DNA of 64,000 nt, from the NCBI GenBank assembly GCA_027624625.1, contig JAQBWH010000004.1, positions 16,754 to 80,753 on the forward strand, written 5' to 3'. Both the position numbers and the translations under genes were made by a program. Below the pieces are notes generated by a model that saw nothing but the letters and a program-made list of their open reading frames with translations, had not been told where the DNA came from and made no database searches. Source of the stretch: Verrucomicrobiota bacterium (lineage in GTDB: Bacteria > Verrucomicrobiota > Verrucomicrobiia > Chthoniobacterales > JACTMZ01). Below are positions 21,170-30,912 of this stretch, piece after piece; the stretch's first letter is position 1, and every line of letters starts with the position of its first letter.

Positions 21170-21768
21170 TGACATGCTGGTATTTGCTCGGCTATTCGCT
21201 GAGCAAGGCCATGGCCAAAACTTTTTTCCGTTACCGGGTGACCGGCGCGGAGAACATGATCGAAGAAGGTCCCTGCATCATTGCGGCCAACCATTGCAGC
21301 AATCTTGACCCTCCTTTGGTTGGTATCGCCTGCAAAAGGGCTATCCATTACCTTGGGAAAAAATCCCTTTTCGACTGGCCTGTTCTCGGCCCCATCTTTC
21401 CTCAGCTTAATGTCATCCCCGTCGACCAAAAAAACGCCGCCCGCAGCGCGCTGATGGGCGCCATCCGTGTGGTGAAAAGTGGTGGCGCCGTTCTTATTTT
21501 TCCCGAAGGAAGCAGAAGCCCGGATGGAAAGTTGCAAGCGGCCCAGCCCGGCATAGGAATGATCGTGGCCAAGACCGGTGCTCCGGTGGTGCCGGTGCGC
21601 GTCAGTGGATCGTTCGAGGCACTCCCGCGGCACCGAAGAGTACCCCGCTGCGCCCAAATCGAAGTCACGGCAGGCAGAGCAATGTACTTTCCGCTAACAA
21701 AATTACCAAACCGTGGATTTTATGACACGGTCAGTAATGAAGTCATGGACGCGATCGGGGCGTTGTAA
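21170..21768 (+). CDS. plsC: 1-acyl-sn-glycerol-3-phosphate acyltransferase
   Basis: NHCSNLDP, IFPEGSRS motifs; start approximate (ORF opens at 21157). Confidence 0.88.
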
Positions 21769-21782
21769 AAAGGCTTGGGCAA

Positions 21783-22406
21783 TCAGTTTGCCACTGGGAC
21801 AAATTCGCCAATTAAATTCGTGAAGGAAGATCCGACCTGGCGGGGTTGGAGAGAATTCACAGAACCATCCATGCGGACGACCACAAAACCTTTATCGCCA
21901 AAGGGAAGGGCGTTGGGGTCAAGAGTCGTACCGCCCTGCGCTGAGTTGGTAAAGTTCGACGTGCTGAACAGAACAGTGTTACCGTTATTCGTTGCAGATA
22001 CTTGGTAAAGGATGACGGCTCTCCCGTTTTCTTTCACACCCGGTTGCAGACTGCTAAGGTCCGCATTGGCCGGTATGGTGAGGCCGGGAGCACTGAGCAT
22101 CTTTATCATGTCGTTAGTCTTCATAAAGTGAGGAACGGCATTGGTTACCCAGCCGGCCCAAGTTTTGGACGGCAAATCGCCAGGCCAGCCGATATTGGTG
22201 TCACCAGTAGTTATACTATCCAAGTTCATCTGGAGGGCAACAGCGTGCAATTGTCTAAGGTTGTTGACTGATGTTGATATTTGGCCACGGTTGAGCGCAC
22301 TAGTGATGGCGGGGATGGCAAGCGAAGCCAAAATGGCGATGATCGAAATAACGACCAAAAGTTCAATGAGAGTGAAGGCCTGAAGGGAGCGGCGGAGTAA
22401 TTTCAT
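21783..22406 (-). CDS. Prepilin-type N-terminal cleavage/methylation protein (pilin/pseudopilin-like)
   Basis: QAFTLIELLVVISIIAILASLAIP; visibly more AT-rich than its neighbours. Confidence 0.88.
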   Translation of the reverse strand: MKLLRRSLQAFTLIELLVVISIIAILASLAIPAITSALNRGQISTSVNNLRQLHAVALQMNLDSITTGDTNIGWPGDLPSKTWAGWVTNAVPHFMKTNDMIKMLSAPGLTIPANADLSSLQPGVKENGRAVILYQVSATNNGNTVLFSTSNFTNSAQGGTTLDPNALPFGDKGFVVVRMDGSVNSLQPRQVGSSFTNLIGEFVPVAN

Positions 22407-22448
22407 GGGATGGAAGTAAATAATACAGGTTAAGGCCTAACACAACCA

Positions 22449-24644
22449 CTAATCGGCCACAAATGCAAGCAAAGCCAGCGGCGGCAAGTTGATTTGAATC
22501 GAGTGGCCACGGCTTTGCCAGGGAGTGGGCTCAGAATGGACGCCACCCATGTTGCCGCCGTCGCTGCCGCCGTAAGCTTCGGCGTCAGTATTAAGGATTT
22601 CGCGGTAATGGCCCTCCTTGGGCACGCCGATGCGGTAACCGGCTCGGACCACCGGGGTGGCATTCATGGCGAAGACGAGGCTCTGGCCACCGGCCGATTT
22701 GCGCAGGAAGGCAACGACGCTGTTGTCGGTATCGTGGAAGTCGATCCACTCGAAGCCGTCGTTGGTGTCGTCGAGTTCGTAAAAAGCCGGGTATTCTTTG
22801 TAAATGTGGTTGAGATGTTGGACCAGTCGGCTGAGGCCGGCGTGGAGGGGGAATTGCTTGAGGTGCCAGTCGAGGCTTTGGTTGTAACGCCATTCCTCCC
22901 ACTGGCCGAATTCGCCGCCCTGAAAGAGCAGTTTTTTTCCGGGGTGCGCCCACATCAGGGCGTAGAACATCCGCAAATTGGCGAATTTTTGCCACGTGTC
23001 TCCCGGCATTTTGCCGAGCAGGGCGCCTTTTCCGTGCACGACCTCGTCGTGGCTGAGGACCAGGATGAAGTGCTCGTGGAAGGCGTAGAGCAGCGAGAAA
23101 GTGATACTGCCTTGGTGATAGCGCCGGTGGATCGGATCAAGACTCATGTAGTCGAGGGAGTCGTGCATCCACCCCATGTTCCATTTGAATCCGAATCCAA
23201 GGCCGCCAAGGTAAGTCGGACGCGACACGCCGGGCCAAGCGGTCGATTCTTCGGCGATGGTGATGATCCCGGGGAAGCGCTCGTAGCTGACCTCGTTGAA
23301 GCGCTTGAGAAAATAGATCGCATCGAGGTTTTCGCGTCCGCCGAAGCTGTTCGGTACCCACTCGCCGCCCTCGCGTGAATAGTCGAGGTAGAGCATCGAA
23401 GCGACGGCGTCCACCCGCAGCCCATCGATGTGGTATTGGTCGAACCAGAAAAGCGCGTTGGCGATGAGGAAATTGCGCACTTCGTTGCGTCCGTAGTTGA
23501 AAATATAGGTTCCCCAATCGCGGTGCTCGCCTTGGCGCGGATCGGCGTGTTCGTAAAGGTGCGTGCCGTCGAACATGGCCAACCCGTGCGCGTCCTTCGG
23601 GAAGTGGGCCGGCACCCAGTCGAGGATGACGCCGATCCCCGCCTGGTGGCAGCTGTCAACAAAGTGGCGGAACTCATCCGGATTGCCGAATCTGCTGGTC
23701 GGTGCGTAGTAGCCCGCCACCTGGTAGCCCCAGGACCCGTCGTAAGGATGCTCGGCCACCGGCATGAGCTCGAGGTGGGTGAAGCCCATTTCTAAACAGT
23801 AGGGAATGAGCCGTTGGGAGAGTTCGATGTAGCTGAGGGGCCGGTTGTCTTCCTCTGCCACGCGTTGCCAGGACGCAAGGTGCACCTCGTAGATGCTAAT
23901 CGGCTTTTTGGTCCACTCCTGGCTGGCGCGATACTTCATCCAGCTTTGGTCCGACCAGGCGAATCGCCCGAGGTCGTAGACGATCGAGGCGGTTTGCTGT
24001 CCGTGTTGGCCATAGAAAGCGAACGGGTCGCTCTTCAGGCAGATCTCCCCGTGGTATCCCTTGACCTCAAATTTGTAGTGGCTGCCTTCTTTGATTCCGG
24101 GGATAAAAATTTCCCAGACACCGCTGCCAAGCAATTTGCGCATGGGTTGGACGCGGCCGTCCCAGTGGTTGAAATCACCGACTACGCTGACGCGCTGCGC
24201 GTTGGGGGCCCAGACGCAGAAGACCGTGCCCTCCACGCCATCGACTTCGGTGAGATGCGCTCCGAATTTTTGGTAAAGATCCCAGTGGTTTCCCTCGGCA
24301 TGCAGGTAGACGTCCGTATCGCCAAGGATGCGGCCGAAGGAATACGGGTCACGCGTTTCCCACTCTTGGCCATCGTGCGACTTGAGGCACAAGATGTAAG
24401 AAAACTCCGCGGTATTCTTGGGGAGGACTGCTTCGAAAAATCCTTCCGGATGGATTTTCACCGCCTCGAACTTGCGCGCACGATTGCCAGCGTCGACCAC
24501 CGTGACCGAGGCCGCATCGGGCCGGAAGACACGCACCGCGAGGAAATCGCCGGTGGGCCGCATGCCCAAAGTGTGGAACGGATCGGCGTGGCTTGCTTCG
24601 AGAAAGGCGGCAAGCTCTTCGGGCGGGACGGTGGACTTCGGCAT
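22449..24644 (-). CDS. glgB: 1,4-alpha-glucan branching enzyme
   Basis: VWAPNA, IYEVHLASW, DWVPAHFP, DGLRVDAVASM, AEEST, LSHDEVVHGK. Confidence 0.97.
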   Translation of the reverse strand: MPKSTVPPEELAAFLEASHADPFHTLGMRPTGDFLAVRVFRPDAASVTVVDAGNRARKFEAVKIHPEGFFEAVLPKNTAEFSYILCLKSHDGQEWETRDPYSFGRILGDTDVYLHAEGNHWDLYQKFGAHLTEVDGVEGTVFCVWAPNAQRVSVVGDFNHWDGRVQPMRKLLGSGVWEIFIPGIKEGSHYKFEVKGYHGEICLKSDPFAFYGQHGQQTASIVYDLGRFAWSDQSWMKYRASQEWTKKPISIYEVHLASWQRVAEEDNRPLSYIELSQRLIPYCLEMGFTHLELMPVAEHPYDGSWGYQVAGYYAPTSRFGNPDEFRHFVDSCHQAGIGVILDWVPAHFPKDAHGLAMFDGTHLYEHADPRQGEHRDWGTYIFNYGRNEVRNFLIANALFWFDQYHIDGLRVDAVASMLYLDYSREGGEWVPNSFGGRENLDAIYFLKRFNEVSYERFPGIITIAEESTAWPGVSRPTYLGGLGFGFKWNMGWMHDSLDYMSLDPIHRRYHQGSITFSLLYAFHEHFILVLSHDEVVHGKGALLGKMPGDTWQKFANLRMFYALMWAHPGKKLLFQGGEFGQWEEWRYNQSLDWHLKQFPLHAGLSRLVQHLNHIYKEYPAFYELDDTNDGFEWIDFHDTDNSVVAFLRKSAGGQSLVFAMNATPVVRAGYRIGVPKEGHYREILNTDAEAYGGSDGGNMGGVHSEPTPWQSRGHSIQINLPPLALLAFVAD

Positions 24645-24717
24645 GGAAGGGAGGCGTCAACGACGTCGCAACACGGTAAAAAATATCGGGCTCACCCTTG
24701 AGCGGCAAGGGCCGTGG

Positions 24718-25815
24718 TCAACCAACTCCGCCCGCGGAGTTGGCCAAAGCTGCATCTTCGGCGGGGAGGAACGGCTTGAAGCGATTTTTATCGATCGCCT
24801 TCATGAAGGCTTCATGCGGCGAGACCAGGCCCTGCTGCAATTGCGCCCAGATGGCATCGTCCATGAATTGCATACCCTGAGCCTTGCCGCCGACGATGGC
24901 GTCCTGCAACTTCTGGGTGGCTCCCTCGCGTATGATGGCAGCCACTGCACTGTTGACCACGAGGATTTCGTTCACCGCGATGCGGCCGCCGCCGTCCTGA
25001 CGTTTGAGCAGGAGCTGCGCGACCACGCCGCGCAAGGACGCGGCCAGCATGGTGCGGACTTGGGATTGTTGGTCCGATGGGAAGACGTCAATCATACGGT
25101 CAACCGTCTTTCGTGCATTGTTGGTGTGGAGGGTGCCGAAAACGAGCAGACCGGTTTCCGCAGCAGTCAGGGCAAGGGAGATGGTCTCGAGATCGCGCAT
25201 CTCGCCAACCAGCACGATGTCGGAGTCTTCGCGCAGTGCCGCCTTCAGTCCGGCGGGAAAGTTGACCGAATGTTCCGGGACTTCGCGCTGGGTGATGATG
25301 CTTTTCTTGTTCGAATGGACGAACTCGATCGGTTCTTCCACGGTCACGATGTGCCGGGCGAAGTTTGTGTTGATGTAGTCCATCAAGGCCGCCAGCGTGG
25401 TGCTCTTGCCGGAACCGGTCGGGCCGGTGACGAGGACAAGGCCGCCGCGCAAGTGGCCGAATTCTTTGATCACCGGCGGCAGGGCCAGTTCCTCGAGCGT
25501 GGCAATGCGCGTCGGGATCAAGCGGAAGACCGCGCCGAGGCCGTGCACCTGTTTGAAGTAGTTGCAGCGGAAACGGCTGTCCTCATTCATCTCGTAGGCG
25601 AAGTCGAGATCGCCTTTGTGCTGGAAACGTTCCCAGTTTTTCGGCGTGCAAATCTCGCTGAGCATGTAGCTCATCTCGTCGGCCGTGAGGAGTTCCTCGC
25701 GGATCGGGATGACGTCGCCGTGACGACGGATTTTGGGTGGTTGCCCCTCGGCGAGATGCAGGTCGGACGCGCCCGCGTCGATCAGAACTTGAAAGAATTG
25801 GTCGATGTGGGCCAT
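24718..25815 (-). CDS. pilT: PilT/PilU-family type IV pilus retraction ATPase
   Basis: ASDLHL, GPTGSGKSTT, TVEEPIE, VGEMRDLET, AETG.LVFGTLHT. Confidence 0.9.
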   Translation of the reverse strand: MAHIDQFFQVLIDAGASDLHLAEGQPPKIRRHGDVIPIREELLTADEMSYMLSEICTPKNWERFQHKGDLDFAYEMNEDSRFRCNYFKQVHGLGAVFRLIPTRIATLEELALPPVIKEFGHLRGGLVLVTGPTGSGKSTTLAALMDYINTNFARHIVTVEEPIEFVHSNKKSIITQREVPEHSVNFPAGLKAALREDSDIVLVGEMRDLETISLALTAAETGLLVFGTLHTNNARKTVDRMIDVFPSDQQSQVRTMLAASLRGVVAQLLLKRQDGGGRIAVNEILVVNSAVAAIIREGATQKLQDAIVGGKAQGMQFMDDAIWAQLQQGLVSPHEAFMKAIDKNRFKPFLPAEDAALANSAGGVG

Positions 25816-25819
25816 GGCT

Positions 25820-26968
25820 TCAGAGTGTGCCGCAGAGTTGTTTCATGATGGGCTTGTCCTCCGAGCGCGCGATGGCCTCATCGGCTGTGATGACTCCCGC
25901 ACGATAAAGCCCGGCTAGCGAGTCGTCCATAAGTTGCATCCCGAGTTTTTTGCCGGTTTGGATGATGCCGGGGAGCATGAAAGTTTTTGCTTCGCGGATG
26001 ACATTGGCCACGGCGGGGGTGTTCATGAGAACTTCGATTGCCAGGGCACGACCTGCGCCATCGGCGCGGGGCACGAGTTGCTGCGAGACGATTCCGCGCA
26101 GTGATTCGCTGACCATGATGCGGATTTGTTCGCGCTGGTCCACGGGGAAAACGTCGAGAAGACGGTCGAGCGTACGGGCTGCATTGGCGGTATGGAGCGT
26201 ACCGAGAACAAGGTGGCCGGTTTCGGATGCGGTGATGGCGAGCGAGATTGTTTCCAGGTCGCGCATTTCACCCACCATGATGACATCCGGGTCCTCCCGG
26301 AGGGCGCCGCGCAGTGCCGCTCCGAAGGATTCCGTGTGGGTGTGCACTTCCCGCTGGTTCACTTGGCAGCCCCGGGGGGTGAAGAGGTATTCGATCGGAT
26401 CCTCCAAGGTGATGATGTGTTCGTGGCGGGTGCGGTTCACTTCTTCGACCAGCGCGGCAAGGGTCGTGCTCTTGCCGCTGCCAACCGAGCCGGTAACCAG
26501 AACGAGCCCGTTCTGGTATTGGGTCAGCATTTTGAGCTGCGGCGGCAAACTGAGTTCGTCCATCGACCGCACGTTGGTCTGGATGATCCGGAAAACAAGG
26601 TCGTAGCCGAGACGGTGGCGCACCACGCTGGTGCGGTAACGACCCGCCTCGTTGGTGTAGGCAAAGTCAACGTCACCGCGCTCCTCGAGGAGTTTCTTCT
26701 GCGCGTCATTAAGAAAGCCCATGGAGAGTCGCTTGGTGTCGGCGGCCGTGAGTTTATCCGCCTGCAACCAGATCGGCTCAAGGGTACCGAAGCGCCGCCA
26801 GGTCGGTTGGAGGTTGACGCTGAGGTGGATATCTGAGGCGCCCGATTCCTTGCCGATGGCGAGGTATTGGTCCACGTGCTCGAGGGCATGTACGTCGGAG
26901 GCACCCTCCTCTCTAATGTCGACAGTTGTTGGGTCGGGGGAATCGGACACGGGGGTGGGAATCTTCAC
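25820..26968 (-). CDS. pilT: PilT/PilU-family type IV pilus retraction ATPase (second paralog)
   Basis: ASDIHL, GSVGSGKSTT, TLEDPIE, ALREDPD, SETGHLVLGTLHT. Confidence 0.9.
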   Translation of the reverse strand: MKIPTPVSDSPDPTTVDIREEGASDVHALEHVDQYLAIGKESGASDIHLSVNLQPTWRRFGTLEPIWLQADKLTAADTKRLSMGFLNDAQKKLLEERGDVDFAYTNEAGRYRTSVVRHRLGYDLVFRIIQTNVRSMDELSLPPQLKMLTQYQNGLVLVTGSVGSGKSTTLAALVEEVNRTRHEHIITLEDPIEYLFTPRGCQVNQREVHTHTESFGAALRGALREDPDVIMVGEMRDLETISLAITASETGHLVLGTLHTANAARTLDRLLDVFPVDQREQIRIMVSESLRGIVSQQLVPRADGAGRALAIEVLMNTPAVANVIREAKTFMLPGIIQTGKKLGMQLMDDSLAGLYRAGVITADEAIARSEDKPIMKQLCGTL

Positions 26969-27300
26969 GGCTTACGGCCGGATCGCAAGCTCAGAAGGAG
27001 CGGAATCAATTGGCTGACTGCGGCGGGGAGGAGCTTAAGTAGGGTGGGCACCCAGAAAGCAGCCCCGCTGCGCGCAACTCCCTGAATTCGAACCTGTTGT
27101 GATCGGCCACCTTTTGGGCGCAACAGCAGGGCGGCGGCGAATCCTGCCACGGAGGCGCAAGGCATCCACCACCTCCAGTCCCGCGCTATTTCGCTGCGAA
27201 GTTGATGCAAAGGGTTGGCTGCCTCGGCCAGGTCACGCGCCCTGGCATTCAGTTCTGACCCGGCAGAATCCAGTTCGCGCAGGTATTCTTCGCGGTTCAT
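26965..27300 (-). CDS. Hypothetical membrane-associated protein (YqjK-like position)
   Basis: 4-nt overlaps with both neighbours; helical N-terminus plus a hydrophobic segment. Confidence 0.65.
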   Translation of the reverse strand: MNREEYLRELDSAGSELNARARDLAEAANPLHQLRSEIARDWRWWMPCASVAGFAAALLLRPKGGRSQQVRIQGVARSGAAFWVPTLLKLLPAAVSQLIPLLLSLRSGRKP

Positions 27301-27707
27301 GAAAGTTTTTTCACCTCTCGGCGCAAAGCCTCACGGGTTCCGAGAAACAAAACTTTGGTTTTGGTCGTGCGCCTGCGCAAGAGAACAAAAATCACAGCCG
27401 CCGCCAAGGCGTGCAGCGCGAAGAGGACAAGCAGGGCGGCTGCCCATTCGCCCCCGAGCAGGCTAACGACCGCAACGGTAAGCCCGATGAGAAGAAACAA
27501 ATAGGCGAGCACGGAGGCAACCACGAAGGCCAGACCAAGCAAACCGATGAGCAGTGCTTCACCGCTCGCCTCGCGCAACTCGAGACCAAAGAGGCCGGCG
27601 AGAGCCCGCAAGAAACGAACTAGCGCCGCGGTGAAAGCGCTGGCCGAAGCTTGAAACTTCGGTGGCTCCGGCACCGTGGCCGGTTCCGCGCCGGGCGATC
27701 TTTTCAT
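27297..27707 (-). CDS. YqjE-like / phage-holin-superfamily membrane protein
   Basis: Two TM segments, LFGLELREA; downstream of a DUF883 gene as in elaB/yqjD-yqjE clusters. Confidence 0.75.
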   Translation of the reverse strand: MKRSPGAEPATVPEPPKFQASASAFTAALVRFLRALAGLFGLELREASGEALLIGLLGLAFVVASVLAYLFLLIGLTVAVVSLLGGEWAAALLVLFALHALAAAVIFVLLRRRTTKTKVLFLGTREALRREVKKLS

Positions 27708-27718
27708 GGGCCGCGTGA

Positions 27719-28018
27719 TCAGCGGCGGATGACGAGGCCAAGAACGAATCCGGCAGCCAAGGCGATGCCGACGGCTTGGAGCGGATTTTCCCGGATGTAT
27801 TCCTCACTGTCCTCGCTGAGGGTGCGGGCGCGACCGGTGGTGTCCGACCAGACCTGATTGGCCTTTTCGCGGTATTCACCTGCCCGTTCGTTTAAAGTGC
27901 CACGCAGGTCACTAAGCTTTGCAGCCGCGGCGTCCTTGAACTCTTGAGCCGCTTCGCTGGCGTGGGTCTTGCCACTCTTGAACTTGTCTGCCGCTTGTTT
28001 TATTTCTTTTTCGCTCAT
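27719..28018 (-). CDS. DUF883 / ElaB-YqjD family tail-anchored protein
   Basis: EEYIRENPLQAVGIALAAGFVLGLVIRR C-terminus. Confidence 0.88.
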   Translation of the reverse strand: MSEKEIKQAADKFKSGKTHASEAAQEFKDAAAAKLSDLRGTLNERAGEYREKANQVWSDTTGRARTLSEDSEEYIRENPLQAVGIALAAGFVLGLVIRR

Positions 28019-28129
28019 AATTTTTTTAAGTTTCGAGCTCTAATTATCGCAGACGGGACAGCGGGTGGCAAGTGCCGGAGCATCGTTTTTCTTGAAGCAA
28101 ACGTATCCTTGACGGACAAATTACCTCTT

Positions 28130-30019
28130 ATGACCGCCGCCGAGACTTGCCAAGCCGACCACCTATCTCCCGAATTACCGGCACGGGCCGATGAAATCAT
28201 CACCCATTATCCGGTTTCCATCCGCAGTGCCGCGGTGCCGCTCCTTCACCTTTGGCAGAACCACTTTGGCTTTATTGATGACAGCGGAGTGGATTGGATC
28301 GCGCGCCGACTCGGCCTCGAACCGATTAATATCCTCGAACTTGTCACCTTTTACCCTTGGTTTCGCCAGACCCCGCCCGGCCAGACCACCATCCGGGTTT
28401 GCCGCACTTTATCCTGTGCCATGGCTGGCTCCTCCGAGGTCCGCGATGAGCTGCTCCATTGCGCTGGTGCCATGGATACCCCAGACCATGGCCATGGGGT
28501 GACCAGCCCCGACGGCAAATACACCATCGAGTTCGTCGAATGCCTCGCCAGTTGCGGCACGGCGCCGGTGGCGCTGGTCGGTGACAAACTGGTGGAGCGC
28601 ATGAAACCGGCAGACGCCGGCCGCATTCTGCGGGATACCGACCACACATACCGCAAGTCGATCCGTGCCCCCCATCCTGCGGAGAAGCGCATGATCCTCA
28701 AAAATGTCGCCCGCGAGGATTACAACACATCACTCGAATGTTATCTGCGGCACGGCGGATATGATTCTTTGAAAAAAGCGCTGAAGATGAAGCCCGAGGA
28801 AATCGTGGCTGAACTGAAAACTTCCAACCTGCGCGGTCGTGGCGGGGCCGGTTTTCCGGTCGGGGTGAAATGGAGTTTCATCAAGCGCGAGGACGGCAAA
28901 CCGCATTACCTCGTGGTCAACGGTGACGAATCAGAGCCCGGCACTTTCAAAGACCGCTACATTTTGCACGAGGACCCGCATCAACTACTCGAAGGCATGA
29001 TGATCGCCGCTTGGACCCTCAATGTGCACCTCAGCTACATTTACATCCGCTGCGAATTTCCCGAGGCCGCCCGCATCGTGGAAAAAGCGATCGCCGAAGC
29101 CAAAGCGGCCGGCTTGATCGGCCGGGACGTCTGCGGGAGCGGCTTTGCTTGCGATATTTTCGTCCATCAAGGTGCTGGCGCTTACATTTGCGGCGAAGAA
29201 ACCAGCTTACTCGAGTCGCTGGAAGGCAAGCGCCCTTACCCGCGGATCAAGCCACCCTTTTTTCCCGCCGTCTTCGGGCTCTACAATTGCCCGACCATCG
29301 TCAACAACGTCGAATCGCTCTGCCATGTGAAGCATGTTCTGGCCATGGGCGGCGAGGCATTTGCCAAGCTCGGTTCACCCGGCGACGGCGGCACGCGGAC
29401 CCTTTGCGTGAGCGGGGACGTGCAAAATCCCGGCTACTATGAATTGGGTTGCGGGCAGGTCACCGTCGGGCAGTTGATCAACGAGATTTGCGGCGGTCTG
29501 AAACCCGGCCGCAAACTCAAGGCGATCATTCCCGGGGGCAGTTCGGCCAAGGTCCTGCGGGCCGGCGAGAAGTTTGCCATGAAGCGCAAAGGGCCGGACG
29601 GCGCCGAGCAAAACGTGCAAGTCGACCTGATGGATCTCGTGCTCGACGCCAGCACGCTGGCCGCGGCCGGTTCGATGATCGGCAGTGCCGGCGTGATGAT
29701 TCTCGACGACTCGCGCGACATGCTCTGGGTGCTGAACAACATCAACGATTTCTACGCTCACGAAAGCTGCGGCCAATGCACCCCGTGCCGCGAAGGCAGT
29801 CTTTGGATGTCAAAAGTCACCACCCGCATGCTCAACGGCGACGTCAAACCGACCGATGCGACCCAACTCGTCGGCATCGCCGACCACATTGCCGGCCGCA
29901 CGGTCTGCGCCTTCGGCGAAGCCTGTGCCTGGCCGACCCAGAGTTTCGTCGGCAAGTTCCGCGAGGAATTCGAACCGCGTCCCGCCGGGGCGAACGGCAA
30001 CGGCGTCAACGGACACTAA
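28130..30019 (+). CDS. nuoF: Fused NADH-quinone oxidoreductase subunits NuoE-NuoF
   Basis: N-half NuoE (VTFYPWF, CRTLSC, ECLASC); C-half NuoF (LRGRGGAGFP, DESEPGTFKD, GAGAYICGEE, CGQCTPCREG, CAFG); one uninterrupted frame. Confidence 0.9.
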   Translation: MTAAETCQADHLSPELPARADEIITHYPVSIRSAAVPLLHLWQNHFGFIDDSGVDWIARRLGLEPINILELVTFYPWFRQTPPGQTTIRVCRTLSCAMAGSSEVRDELLHCAGAMDTPDHGHGVTSPDGKYTIEFVECLASCGTAPVALVGDKLVERMKPADAGRILRDTDHTYRKSIRAPHPAEKRMILKNVAREDYNTSLECYLRHGGYDSLKKALKMKPEEIVAELKTSNLRGRGGAGFPVGVKWSFIKREDGKPHYLVVNGDESEPGTFKDRYILHEDPHQLLEGMMIAAWTLNVHLSYIYIRCEFPEAARIVEKAIAEAKAAGLIGRDVCGSGFACDIFVHQGAGAYICGEETSLLESLEGKRPYPRIKPPFFPAVFGLYNCPTIVNNVESLCHVKHVLAMGGEAFAKLGSPGDGGTRTLCVSGDVQNPGYYELGCGQVTVGQLINEICGGLKPGRKLKAIIPGGSSAKVLRAGEKFAMKRKGPDGAEQNVQVDLMDLVLDASTLAAAGSMIGSAGVMILDDSRDMLWVLNNINDFYAHESCGQCTPCREGSLWMSKVTTRMLNGDVKPTDATQLVGIADHIAGRTVCAFGEACAWPTQSFVGKFREEFEPRPAGANGNGVNGH

Positions 30020-30046
30020 AGCGGACTAGAAAAAACTTAAACCGCT

Positions 30047-30772
30047 CTAAAGCTGATATTCCGGGAGCACGTAAACAATCCGCCCGCACTGCTCGCAGGA
30101 GACGACCGTGGTGCCGAGTTTGGCATCGCGTAAGGTCGCCGGAGTAACGGTCATGTGGCAACCGGAGCAGTGGTTGCCCTCAAGAGGGACGATGGCGCGA
30201 CCGGCCTTGTTCAGGAACAACTTTTCGTAGAGATCGAACAAGTCCTCGTCGCCGGCTTTCACTTCCGCGGCGATCGCTTCGCGCTCGACTTTCAGTTCGT
30301 CGGCCCGGCCCTGCAGCACACCAACTTTGTCGTCGGCGGTTTTCAGCAGGGCGGCGACGCGGTTTTTTTCCGCATTGAATTTGGCCTCGGCTGCGGTGAT
30401 GGCCGGCTTGAGGTCTTCGGTCTCCTGCATCAGTTCGAGTTCACGATCTTCAATGACAACAATGTCTTGCTCGGCCCGCTCAATCTCGTGCTTCAGCGCG
30501 GTGTATTCCTCGTTCTTGCGCGTCTCCAATTGCTGGGTGCGGTATTTGGCGATTTGCCCGCGTTTGGCGGCCGCCTCGACCTCGAGGCGCTTGCGCTCCA
30601 CCTCGATTTCTTTGGCCCGGGTTTTGTCGCCTTCCAGTTTGGCTTGCGCCACAGCGAGTTCCTTTTCCAAGAAAGACTTTTCGCCCGGCACGGCATTGAT
30701 TTCGCGGAGAAAAGTTTGCAGCCGTTGGTCTCGCTCCTGCAGGAGGAGAAGTTTCTCCAGAATTTCTACCAT
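30047..30772 (-). CDS. Coiled-coil protein with a C-terminal C4 zinc ribbon (DUF164/CT398-like)
   Basis: LLLLQERD start, KNEEYTALKHEI, CSGC...CEQCGRI. Confidence 0.88.
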   Translation of the reverse strand: MVEILEKLLLLQERDQRLQTFLREINAVPGEKSFLEKELAVAQAKLEGDKTRAKEIEVERKRLEVEAAAKRGQIAKYRTQQLETRKNEEYTALKHEIERAEQDIVVIEDRELELMQETEDLKPAITAAEAKFNAEKNRVAALLKTADDKVGVLQGRADELKVEREAIAAEVKAGDEDLFDLYEKLFLNKAGRAIVPLEGNHCSGCHMTVTPATLRDAKLGTTVVSCEQCGRIVYVLPEYQL

Positions 30773-30912
30773 GATGCGTTCTTCTAGGCTTTCCCATGCG
30801 GGGCGACCAGCAAGAATTCCGGTTGTTTCTCCGGCTGGCGCCGATTGCTCCCTTGCCGCCGCCGCGTTTCGGCCCGTGGCGGCCGCTCCTGGCCGCAGCG
30901 CCCAATATCTGG

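Noticed and set aside
27297-27707. Holin as evidence for a prophage
   Set aside because: YqjE-like gene in a DUF883 housekeeping cluster; no phage genes nearby
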